DNA of 10,807 nucleotides from NCBI GenBank assembly GCA_046757165.1, contig JBHHXT010000169.1, positions 1-10,807 on the forward strand, given 5' to 3'. Source of the stretch: a bacterium. GTDB taxonomy: Bacteria > Zhuqueibacterota > Zhuqueibacteria > Oceanimicrobiales > Oceanimicrobiaceae. The position numbers were made by a program, and so were the translations under genes. The notes under the pieces were generated by a model. That model had not been told where the DNA came from. It ran no database searches and was given only the letters and a program-made list of their open reading frames with translations. Below, in pieces: positions 1 through 7,326 of the stretch (position 1 is its first letter; each line of letters starts with the position of its first letter).

Positions 1-7
1 GCTCTTA

Positions 8-140
8 GAGCCTGTGTGAAAACATGGTAAAAGAAGCCCTCTGGCTTGTTATGAAAGGTCTATGATTTAAGCTAAGTTCTTGTTTTCTTTGCAATGCATT
101 CTCGCAAGCAAGATGCTTGCGTTACATTTTCACACAGGCT
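8..140. mobile_element. MITE-like non-autonomous element (~133 bp) with terminal inverted repeats
   Basis: Perfect 14-bp inverted repeat AGCCTGTGTGAAAA (9-22) / TTTTCACACAGGCT (127-140), flanked by TTA on the left (5-7) and TAA on the right (141-143). No coding capacity. GAG-start ends with a TWA-type target resemble IS5-family ends (inference). Confidence 0.7.
103..125 (-). repeat. REP-like hairpin inside the MITE
   Basis: CGCAAGCA-AGA-TGCTTGCG (103-121) is a perfect 8-bp stem. On the minus strand it reads GTAA-CGCAAGCATCTTGCTTGCG, a GTAG-like tetranucleotide followed by a hairpin, which is typical REP architecture. Confidence 0.55.
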
Positions 141-196
141 TAAAAGCGTAAACACCAAAATAGAATAATCTCCTGCGCAGTGGCAAGCTTAGCAGG

Positions 197-2506
197 CTAT
201 GCAACAACAGGGTGCGCCTTCTTCGACCGGGACCGCTTGTCCCCTGCCGTAATTTCCTGGTGCAACTGCATCAAAACCTTCTCCGGTGTTAGCGGCGCGT
301 CAAAGGCCAGGTCCGCTTCGGGCCGGAAGGCCCGCATGGCATGCCGCAGGGCAAAAAAGACGCCGAGACCGTACATGAGCGGCGGCTCACCGACCGCTTT
401 CGTGCCGTACGGTCCCCATTGATTCTCGACCTTGTGCAGAAACTTGATCTCGAGATTCTCCGGCATAAAATAGACGTCCGGCACCTTGTAGGTCGCAAGC
501 GTGTTGGAGAGATACGCGCCCTGCTCATCAAACTCGAGCTCCTCCAGGGTCATCCAGCCCAGCCCTTGCGCCAGTCCGCCCTCGACCTGGCCGCGGTCGA
601 CCAGCTCGTTGATGGGCCGGCCGAGATCGTGGACAATTCTGACTGCGTTGATATCGTAGGTACCGCGCAGACAGTCGAGGGTGACTTCAAAAATGGCCGT
701 CCCGAAGACGTGGTAGGCAAAGGGGTGGCCTTTCTCTTTCTGCTTGTCAAACCAGAGGCCGGGCGTGGCATAAAAGCCGTGTGCCGACAGGTCGATGCGA
801 GCCAGGTAGGCCGCTTGCACGAGCTTTTGCCAGGTCCAGCCGGTTTCCCGGCCATCGTGCAAGAGTTTTTCATCTGTGATGGTCAACTTTTCTGGCTGAG
901 ACAATTTCAACTCTTTTGCCGCAAAAGGTTTCAACCGCTCCAGAATCTGTCCGGCGGCAGCCAGGGTTGCATGACCATTCAGATCCGTCGTGGCGCTCGC
1001 GGCACTCGGTGACATGTTGGCGACACGCGTTGTGTTGGTGCTTTCGATCTTGATGCGCTCCTGGCGAATCCCGAATGCCTTTGCTGCGATGGTCGTGAGA
1101 TTGGTCACAAGTCCTTGCCCCATCTCGACGCCGCCAGTCGAAACGCTGACGCTGCCATCGGTGTAGACATGGACGAGCGCGCCCGCCTGGTTCAGGAATG
1201 TGGCCGTGAAGGAAATGCCAAAGCAAACCGGCATGACCGCAAAGCCCTTCCTGGTTTCAAAATGGGTTTCATTGTACTTCTGAATGCGGCGCTTCAGCGA
1301 TTGCAGGTTGAAGGTTTGCTCTGCTTCCTGCCAGGTTCGCAGGGCGTGTGGCGCTCGTGCTTGCTGGCCGTAGGGGAAGATGCTCCCGTCCGCGAGCAGG
1401 TTTTTGCGCTGCAGCTCCTCCCGGGGCAGGCCCAGGGTTTCTGCGGCTTTGGCGATCGCGCTTTCGATGACAAACATCCCCTGGGGGCCCCCGAACCCTC
1501 GAAAGGCGGTGTTCGGGGGGAGATTGGTCCGGCAGGAGACGCCGAATATTCTGACATTCGGAATCGCGTAGGCGTTGGTGCTGTGAAAAAGCGTGCGCTC
1601 CAGAACTGCCGGGGAGAGATCCGCAGCAGCGCCGGCATTTTGGTAGTGTCGCACGGCATAGGCCAGAATCCGGCCCTCTTTTGTTACGCCAATCTTGAAA
1701 TCCGCCGAATAGGGGTGGCGTTTGCCAGTCATGACCATATCGTGGTGGCGCGGCAACACCAGTTCCACCGCCTGGTGTTTGTGGCAGGCTGCCAGCGCCG
1801 CCAGGCAAGCCCACGGCGTCGCCTGGTCCTCTTTGCCGCCGAAGCCCCCGCCCAGTCGCTTGATATCCACTTCCACTTTGTGGTGCGGCCGGCCTAGAAT
1901 CCTGGCCACGGCTTTTTGAACCGCGTAAGGACTCTGCGTGGAAGCGTACACGCGTACGCAGTCTTCTTCGAGGGGAATGGCGCGGGCGCGTTGCGTCTCG
2001 AGGTAGAGATGCTCCTGACCGCCAATGTCGCATCGACCTTCGACCACCACATGGCATTGCTCCCACGTGCGTTCCACATCGCCTAAAACAAACGTGCGCG
2101 CCGGGCCGATGATCTGCCCTTTCTCGAACGCCTCACGCGGGTCAGGCACTGCTGGCAGCGGGTCGATTTCCAGCCTGATTTTCTTCGCTGCCTTGTGGGC
2201 ATTTTCGAATGTGTCCGCCACAACCAGAGCCACGGGCTCGCCGATGTATTCAACGGTCTTGGTGGCCAGCAAGGTTTCGTCCTGAATGAGCGGGCCGATC
2301 TGATTCTCTCCAGGAATATCTTCAGCGGTCAGGATGCACACGACACCCCCGTGAGCGCGTGCGTGTTCGACATCGAGCCTGACTATCTTACCGTGCGCGA
2401 CCGGCGCACCAAAAACAGCCGCATGCAACATGCCCGCCGGTCGTGGCATGTCGTCCACATATTGCGATTCCCCTCGGGTGTGGGCAGCGGCGTCAATGTG
2501 TTTCAT
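197..2506 (-). CDS. xdhB: Xanthine dehydrogenase, molybdopterin-binding subunit (769 aa)
   Basis: Motifs GGQEHLYLE, STQSP, GGGFGGKE, TGKRHP, TAFRGFGGPQG, GGVEMGQG, GQVEGGLAQGLG and KAVGEPP. The substrate-binding Glu (GGKE) and Arg (AFRG) and the catalytic Glu (GEPP) of true XDHs are present. Start overlaps the end of xdhA by 14 bp. Confidence 0.95.
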   Translation of the reverse strand: MKHIDAAAHTRGESQYVDDMPRPAGMLHAAVFGAPVAHGKIVRLDVEHARAHGGVVCILTAEDIPGENQIGPLIQDETLLATKTVEYIGEPVALVVADTFENAHKAAKKIRLEIDPLPAVPDPREAFEKGQIIGPARTFVLGDVERTWEQCHVVVEGRCDIGGQEHLYLETQRARAIPLEEDCVRVYASTQSPYAVQKAVARILGRPHHKVEVDIKRLGGGFGGKEDQATPWACLAALAACHKHQAVELVLPRHHDMVMTGKRHPYSADFKIGVTKEGRILAYAVRHYQNAGAAADLSPAVLERTLFHSTNAYAIPNVRIFGVSCRTNLPPNTAFRGFGGPQGMFVIESAIAKAAETLGLPREELQRKNLLADGSIFPYGQQARAPHALRTWQEAEQTFNLQSLKRRIQKYNETHFETRKGFAVMPVCFGISFTATFLNQAGALVHVYTDGSVSVSTGGVEMGQGLVTNLTTIAAKAFGIRQERIKIESTNTTRVANMSPSAASATTDLNGHATLAAAGQILERLKPFAAKELKLSQPEKLTITDEKLLHDGRETGWTWQKLVQAAYLARIDLSAHGFYATPGLWFDKQKEKGHPFAYHVFGTAIFEVTLDCLRGTYDINAVRIVHDLGRPINELVDRGQVEGGLAQGLGWMTLEELEFDEQGAYLSNTLATYKVPDVYFMPENLEIKFLHKVENQWGPYGTKAVGEPPLMYGLGVFFALRHAMRAFRPEADLAFDAPLTPEKVLMQLHQEITAGDKRSRSKKAHPVVA

Positions 2507-3950
2507 AGAAATCTCTCACCGTCAAGTGTTCGGGAAACAGTTTCGTGAAATGGGCAATGAGCACCTGCCGCACCAGCAGGCGTTTGTATTCCGCCGAGCC
2601 GCGGATATCACTGATGGGCGAAATCTCTGCCATCGCGACCGGGAAAGCCCCCTGAAGAGTTTCCACCGCTATGGGTTTTCCAACCAGGAAATCACACGTA
2701 TTGTGCATAAAAAGCGGAATTGGCGCCACGCCACCCATAGTCAAGTGTACCTGTTGGATGGTGCCGTCTTGGCAGCAAATCTTGATCGCGCTGTTGACTG
2801 AGGCGATATCCAGGGTCTGGCGTTTGGAGATTTTTTCAAAATGAATTTTACTGGCAGGTTCAGGCAGTGGAAAGACAATTTCGGTCAGAATCTCTGCCCG
2901 TGTTTTGTCGAGGGCTTTGTAACCTTTGAAAAACGATTTCATCGCCACGGTGCGCTGCTTTTGCCCGTCTTTGAGAACGAGCTCGGATTCGAGGGCCAGC
3001 AGCAGTGCGGTCATGTCCCCGATGGGTGACGCGTTGATGATGTTGCCGCCCAGGGTCGCCCGGTTGCGAATCTGCCAGGAGGCATTGTGGTGATTATAGT
3101 GCTGTATCTCCGGGATCATCTTGTTGATTTGAGGGTCCTGGCCAAATTCCTCAAAAGTCGTGAGCGCGCCCACGTGCACCCGGCCGTTTTCGATGGCAAT
3201 CCCCTTCATTTCGGGATGGAGGTTCAGCACCCGGACGTCTGCGTCCGGTATCTGCTCGCCTTTTTGCACATAGATGTCCGTGCCACCGGCGAGAACGTAA
3301 TCAGGCAGGGTCTTGCTTTTTGTGACCCGGGGTTTGGCGATTGTTCTGAGCCGGTCTGGAATCGTGGTAAAGTAATCCGGCACAGCGTTCTGATGAACGA
3401 GCTCCCGGAGTGAATCCGCTTGCTGTGGCGCGTTGTTGCCCCCGTTGCCGTCTGTGCTCTCTCCGAATTGGTCGACCAGCCGTTTGCCGGCACGGAGCAA
3501 AGATGCGTAGCCCGTGCAACGGCAGAGATTGCCACCGAGCGCGACCTTTATGCCCTCCTCACACACGCGTTTGCCAGCGTGCATCAGGTAGCCTGTCAGT
3601 GAAACCACAATGCCCGGCGTGCAGAAGCCGCACTGGCTGCCTCCCTCGTCGACAATGGCCTGCTGTACCGGAGAGAGGGTGGCCATGTTCAGCCCTTCAA
3701 TGGTGACCAGATGTTTGCCGTGCAGCTCGCCGAGCGGCACCAGGCAGGAGGTCACAGGGTGATATTCGACCCGGCTGCCGGCGAGTTCACCGATCAGGAC
3801 TACGCATGCGCCGCAGTCCCCCTCCTTGCACCCCTCTTTCGTGCCAACCAGGTGCTGGCATTTTCTGAGATAATCCAGGACAAGCGTTCCCGGAGAGGCA
3901 CTCGTTTTGACCGGACGGTCGTTGAGGATGAAGTGAGTTTGCTGTGGCAA
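2493..3950 (-). CDS. xdhA: Xanthine dehydrogenase small subunit, 2x[2Fe-2S] plus FAD-binding (485 aa, TTG start)
   Basis: Fe-S motifs GTKEGCKEGDCGAC and QCGFC...NLCRCTGY; FAD motifs LAGGTD and QIRNRATLGGNIINASPIGD; C-terminal PISDIRGSAEY. TTG at 3950 is the first in-frame start after an upstream in-frame TGA and is preceded by GGAAG. Confidence 0.93.
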   Translation of the reverse strand: MPQQTHFILNDRPVKTSASPGTLVLDYLRKCQHLVGTKEGCKEGDCGACVVLIGELAGSRVEYHPVTSCLVPLGELHGKHLVTIEGLNMATLSPVQQAIVDEGGSQCGFCTPGIVVSLTGYLMHAGKRVCEEGIKVALGGNLCRCTGYASLLRAGKRLVDQFGESTDGNGGNNAPQQADSLRELVHQNAVPDYFTTIPDRLRTIAKPRVTKSKTLPDYVLAGGTDIYVQKGEQIPDADVRVLNLHPEMKGIAIENGRVHVGALTTFEEFGQDPQINKMIPEIQHYNHHNASWQIRNRATLGGNIINASPIGDMTALLLALESELVLKDGQKQRTVAMKSFFKGYKALDKTRAEILTEIVFPLPEPASKIHFEKISKRQTLDIASVNSAIKICCQDGTIQQVHLTMGGVAPIPLFMHNTCDFLVGKPIAVETLQGAFPVAMAEISPISDIRGSAEYKRLLVRQVLIAHFTKLFPEHLTVRDFYETH

Positions 3951-3995
3951 GTCGATCTTCCGGTTTTGCCGTAACCGATCACAGGGTATTCATTT

Positions 3996-4047
3996 TTTTT
4001 GACAGGATACCAGGATTAACCGGATTTACCCGTTATCATGTCAAAAA
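3996..4047. repeat. Inverted repeat enclosing short GGAT-unit repeats
   Basis: TTTTTGACAGGATA (3996-4009) / TATCATGTCAAAAA (4034-4047), 13/14 complementary. Three GGAT units (CAGGATAC, CAGGATTAAC, CGGATTT) lie in the left arm and loop. Confidence 0.6.
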
Positions 4048-4107
4048 TATGCCAATTCTTTGTTATCCCCTGTGATAGGTTACGTGTGGTCCAGTTTTGT
4101 CGTCAAA

Positions 4108-4136
4108 AATATACCAAACTTGTTGTCTAATTGCAA
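4108..4136 (-). promoter_or_regulatory. Putative sigma70 promoter for xdhAB
   Basis: Minus strand TTGCAA (4136-4131), 17-nt spacer, TATATT (4113-4108), with an extended -10 TG (TGG-TATATT). A weaker alternative is TTGACG-N18-TAACCT (4106-4077). Confidence 0.55.
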
Positions 4137-4170
4137 TGAAAATCAAGCGCTGTTGTTGAGACCAAAACGA

Positions 4171-4199
4171 TTGACATTCGAGCCGTAAATGCTTATTGT
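4171..4199 (+). promoter_or_regulatory. Putative sigma70 promoter for the CYTH/phosphate cluster
   Basis: Perfect TTGACA (4171-4176), 17-nt spacer, TATTGT (4194-4199). Predicts a start near 4206 and a ~150-nt leader. Confidence 0.6.
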
Positions 4200-4224
4200 C
4201 TACAGACCGATGCTCATACTGAGG

Positions 4225-4239
4225 TGTAATCGTATTACA
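4225..4239. promoter_or_regulatory. Palindromic candidate operator TGTAAT-N3-ATTACA
   Basis: Perfect 6-3-6 palindrome about 20 nt downstream of the predicted transcription start, a typical repressor-site position. Confidence 0.4.
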
Positions 4240-4294
4240 AATGAACTCTTGCACTTTGTTCAAACCCCGACTGTCTTTTTTGTAATTTTCGGAT

Positions 4295-4353
4295 TTGCGA
4301 CTTTGTAGCGCCAGGGCACCTGCAAAGATCGCAATTAGCCTGGAGGTGGGCTG
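4295..4353 (+). promoter_or_regulatory. Structured 5' leader: 14-bp hairpin plus a hairpin enclosing the Shine-Dalgarno
   Basis: TTGCGA-CTTTGTAG (4295-4308) pairs with CTGCAAAG-a-TCGCAA (4320-4334), with one G-U and one bulge. AGCCT (4337-4341) / GGGCT (4348-4352) brackets GGAGGT (4342-4347). Loop CCAGG (4311-4315) is complementary to CCTGG (4339-4343). Confidence 0.4.
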
Positions 4354-4355
4354 CA

Positions 4356-4895
4356 ATGGCTACAGAAATCGAACGGAAGTTCCTGGTCACAAACAGCTCC
4401 TGGCGCGAAGGGGCGGTGGGCAAGCTTTATCGCCAGGGGTACTTATCTACTGAGCCTGACCGTACCGTGCGGGTTCGGACTATTGGGCGGCAGGGATTCT
4501 TGACCATCAAAGGCAAAACCATCGGCCCGGCGCGGCAAGAATACGAGTACGGGATTCCCTTCGAGGATGCCAGCCGCATGCTGGCGGAGCTTTGCTCCCA
4601 GCCAACCATTGAAAAGACGCGCTACATTGTGGAAGACCAGGGCCAGAGGTGGGAGGTGGACGAGTTTCATGGCGAGAATGCTGGCCTGATTCTCGCCGAA
4701 ATAGAATTGCAGCATGAGGCGCAGGAAGTGAAGCTGCCAGCCTGGGTTGGCCAGGAGGTCACGGGTGACCGCAGATACGCCAATGCGCATTTGGCACACT
4801 CCCCTTATAAGACCTGGCGCCAGGGCATGGGTGAGGGGCTGTCTGAAAAATCCATGAGAGAACATACGATACTTCAAGAAAGTGCAAAAAAATAG
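4356..4895 (+). CDS. CYTH-domain (triphosphate tunnel metalloenzyme) protein, probable inorganic triphosphatase (179 aa)
   Basis: N-terminal EIERKFLV (ExExK), RQGYL, VRVR, LTIKG, RQEYEY, IEKTRY, WEVDEF, LAEIEL and EVTGDRRYAN. Strong RBS GGAGGT. Confidence 0.92.
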   Translation: MATEIERKFLVTNSSWREGAVGKLYRQGYLSTEPDRTVRVRTIGRQGFLTIKGKTIGPARQEYEYGIPFEDASRMLAELCSQPTIEKTRYIVEDQGQRWEVDEFHGENAGLILAEIELQHEAQEVKLPAWVGQEVTGDRRYANAHLAHSPYKTWRQGMGEGLSEKSMREHTILQESAKK

Positions 4896-4932
4896 AACGC
4901 GGATGACACGGATTTAACGGATCGGAACGGAT
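4896..4932 (+). repeat. Tandem CGGAT-unit repeat (four units, 9-10 nt period)
   Basis: AACGCGGAT GACACGGAT TTAACGGAT CGGAACGGAT, starting right after the CYTH stop codon. Confidence 0.75.
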
Positions 4933-5022
4933 TGGACTTAGTTATGATTCCCGTCATTTGCAGCGTTGCCGCATTAGGAAGCAATAAAAGGTCTTTGGCG
5001 CGTTGATTCGAGCATTGCGCAA

Positions 5023-5066
5023 AACCTGACAACCCAATAGCCTACAGTCTAAATACCTGAACAGTT
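5023..5066 (+). repeat. Degenerate CAGCCTA-type repeat (half element)
   Basis: AACCTGACAACCCAATAGCCTACAGTCTAAATACCTGAACAGTT. The AGCCTACAGTCTA core resembles the right arm at 7376-7409, and TACCTGAA recurs at 7295-7302. Confidence 0.5.
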
Positions 5067-5076
5067 GAGCAAAGCG

Positions 5077-5721
5077 ATGGATATTTTCTTCAAAAGCACA
5101 AAGATGCTCGAGGCTCAGATAGATGAGTTCCTCGACGCCATAAGCCAGGGGGCACTTGTTTTCAAGGACGCGATCAAGCACTATCTGAGCCACGAAAAAG
5201 AGAAGTTTCGTCAGAAGATCGTCGCCATCAATGGCCTGGAGAACAAAGCAGACGATTTGCGGCGAGCCATCGAAAGCCATCTTTACACCCACTCGCTCAT
5301 TCCGGAGCACCGCGGCGATGTGCTGGGTTTGCTGGAAAGCATGGATGACGTCATCGACACGGCCAAGAATTCCATCAACCAGTTTTCCATCGAATCGCCG
5401 GATGTGATGATGGAGCTCATGAAGGAATTCGTCGACCTGGCAGACAAATCGGCAATGGCGGCGGAGTCCATGGTCCTGGCCAGCCGGAATTTTTTCCGCG
5501 AGGTCAAGGCGGTCAAGGACCATCTGCACAAAGTCTATTTCTACGAAAAGGAAGCGGACAAAATTGCTGACCGGCTGAAACGCATGATCTTCGACCTCAA
5601 CATCGACCTGAGTCGCAAGATGCAGCTTTCGAATTTCGTGCAACACGTCGACCAGCTTGCGGACCGGGCGGAGCAGGTGGCAGACCGGCTGTCGATCTAC
5701 GCCATCAAACGGAGCGTGTAG
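5077..5721 (+). CDS. DUF47 / PhoU-like phosphate transport regulator (214 aa from ATG 5077)
   Basis: Predicted all-helical protein with two LENKADDLRR / YEKEADKIAD repeats, RGDVLGLLESMDDVID and DQLADRAEQVADRL. It lies 5 nt upstream of a PiT gene, the classic pairing. The ORF track uses TTG 5065; ATG 5077 is more likely. Confidence 0.9.
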   Translation: MDIFFKSTKMLEAQIDEFLDAISQGALVFKDAIKHYLSHEKEKFRQKIVAINGLENKADDLRRAIESHLYTHSLIPEHRGDVLGLLESMDDVIDTAKNSINQFSIESPDVMMELMKEFVDLADKSAMAAESMVLASRNFFREVKAVKDHLHKVYFYEKEADKIADRLKRMIFDLNIDLSRKMQLSNFVQHVDQLADRAEQVADRLSIYAIKRSV

Positions 5722-5726
5722 GGCAG

Positions 5727-7211
5727 ATGGCCTTCGTCTTTCTATCCAGCGGTTTGTTTCTCGGGTGGTCTCTCGGAGCGAATGACGCTGCCAATATTTT
5801 CGGCGGTGCGGTCAGCAGCAAGATGATTCGCTTCAAAACCGCGGCCGTGATCTGCGGGGGCTTCGTTATCCTGGGGGCGGTGGTCAGCGGCGCAGGTACG
5901 ACGCAAACGCTCGGCGCCCTGGGGTCGGTCAATGCCATCGCTGGTGCGTTCATGGTCGCGCTCTCCGCCGGGGCGACCGTTTTCTGGATGTCGAAACTGA
6001 AAGTGCCGGTCTCCACCTCCCAGGCCATCGTGGGCGCCATCGTGGGATGGAATTTTTACGCCAGCGCCTTGACTGACTTCAGGCTGCTGGGCAAGATCGT
6101 GTCGACCTGGGTTTTGTGCCCCCTGCTCGCCTGCCTGTTATCGATTGTCTTGTTCGCCATTTTCCGCACCGTCTTCAACCGGGCGAGAATCCACTTGCTC
6201 AGAGTGGACAGCATGCTGCGGTCTTCACTCGTATTGGTGGGCGCGTTCGGCGCCTACAGCCTGGGTGCCAACAATATTGCGAATGTGATGGGCGTGTTCG
6301 TGCCCGTTTCACCATTCGGTCCGCTTCACCTGGCCGGGTTCCTGACGTTGACCAGCGCACAACTGCTCTACTTCGTGGGCGGCGTCGCCATAGCTGCGGG
6401 GGTCTATACCTATTCGGATAAGGTCATGAAGACGGTCGGGAGTGGCATCTTCCGGTTGTCGCCGGAGGCGGCGCTTGTGGTGGTGCTGGCCAACGCGCTC
6501 GTGTTGTTTTTGTTTTCATCTTTGACGCTGGAACGGTGGTTGCTGACGGCCGGGCTGCCACCCATTCCGCTGGTGCCAGTCTCCAGCACCCAGGCCGTGG
6601 TTGGCGCCGTGCTCGGCATCGGCATTTTGAAGGGCGCCAGAGACATCAATTTTGGCGTCCTGGGGGAAATCGCGGCGGGCTGGATCACGACTCCCGTGAT
6701 CGCCGGCGTCATGGCTTTTATTGCGCTATTTTTTTTGGAAAATGTTTTCAACCAGCAGGTGAGCCAGCGGCGAGTCTTCTATCTAGATGAGGAGGGGGTG
6801 GCATTCCTGCGACGAAACGGCATTGAGGAAGACGCGCTTCACGAGCTTCGCGACCAGAAGTTCGACACGCCCATGGCCGTGCAGTCGGCGTTGAAAGGCC
6901 ACCGACTGTCGCACCGGGAGCTCAGACGCATCGTCCGGGCCTCCGAGGTGGTTGACCTCTATGTCGCGCCGGAAATCCTCCGCAATAATAAGATGAACAG
7001 AGCCTGGTTCACCGCAGAGCAACTGAAGGCGCTCGAGGCCGTGACTGGACACTCTTTCAAGTACAGGTGGCAACTCTCCGAAAAACTCAGTGAGATTTCT
7101 TCAGCATGGAGATTGCAGGGGAATTCGAAGCTTAACAGGGTACGGAATAAAGAAATAAGGGCAAAGTTGGACTACCTGATTAGAATATCCAAAAAACCTT
7201 TAACCCTCTGA
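5727..7211 (+). CDS. PiT (PHO4/SLC20) family inorganic phosphate transporter with C-terminal extension (494 aa)
   Basis: Two PHO4 repeats with signatures GANDAAN...PVSTSQAIVGAIVG and GANNIAN...PVSSTQAVVGAVLG, and many hydrophobic helices. Hydrophilic tail after about residue 340. Confidence 0.93.
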   Translation: MAFVFLSSGLFLGWSLGANDAANIFGGAVSSKMIRFKTAAVICGGFVILGAVVSGAGTTQTLGALGSVNAIAGAFMVALSAGATVFWMSKLKVPVSTSQAIVGAIVGWNFYASALTDFRLLGKIVSTWVLCPLLACLLSIVLFAIFRTVFNRARIHLLRVDSMLRSSLVLVGAFGAYSLGANNIANVMGVFVPVSPFGPLHLAGFLTLTSAQLLYFVGGVAIAAGVYTYSDKVMKTVGSGIFRLSPEAALVVVLANALVLFLFSSLTLERWLLTAGLPPIPLVPVSSTQAVVGAVLGIGILKGARDINFGVLGEIAAGWITTPVIAGVMAFIALFFLENVFNQQVSQRRVFYLDEEGVAFLRRNGIEEDALHELRDQKFDTPMAVQSALKGHRLSHRELRRIVRASEVVDLYVAPEILRNNKMNRAWFTAEQLKALEAVTGHSFKYRWQLSEKLSEISSAWRLQGNSKLNRVRNKEIRAKLDYLIRISKKPLTL

Positions 7212-7294
7212 AAGTTTAGCAGCTCCAGAAATCCGCACGGGTCTCGATTTGGCGATAGATCTTAAGTTTGGACTCCCTTAGGGCGTCTTAATGT

Positions 7295-7324
7295 TACCTG
7301 AATGAATGGAGCCCCATTCAGGTA
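7295..7324. repeat. Perfect 10-bp inverted repeat
   Basis: TACCTGAATG (7295-7304) / CATTCAGGTA (7315-7324). An alternative stem TGAATGG / CCATTCA (7303-7320) is also possible. Confidence 0.6.
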
Positions 7325-7326
7325 GA

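Noticed and set aside
341..2801. Long alternative-frame and antisense ORFs over xdhB/xdhA (e.g. 341-1012 +, 1115-1897 +, 1269-2066 -)
   Set aside because: They are shadows of a GC-rich, well-conserved gene and show no recognisable motifs.
3951..4355. Pho boxes or a purine/xanthine riboswitch in the divergent spacer
   Set aside because: I could not see an 11-bp-period CTGTCAT-type direct repeat or a recognisable purine-riboswitch core. An Rfam scan would be needed to exclude divergent forms.
4063..4356. 97-aa minus-strand ORF in the divergent spacer
   Set aside because: It overlaps both predicted promoters and the CYTH RBS, is AT-rich and shows no family resemblance.
4995..5011. Sigma54-like TTGGCGCG-N4-TTCG upstream of DUF47
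   Set aside because: The -24 element fits, but the -12 reads TTCG rather than TTGC, losing the near-invariant GC.
4954..5646. 230-aa antisense ORF (likewise 7725-8369, 9302-9742 and 10011-10586 on the minus strand)
   Set aside because: Each is antisense to a confidently assigned gene and is explained by codon bias.
6729..6736. T8 tract at the junction of the PiT core and its C-terminal extension as a slippage switch
   Set aside because: It is short and fully explained by Phe-Phe-Leu codons in a TM helix.
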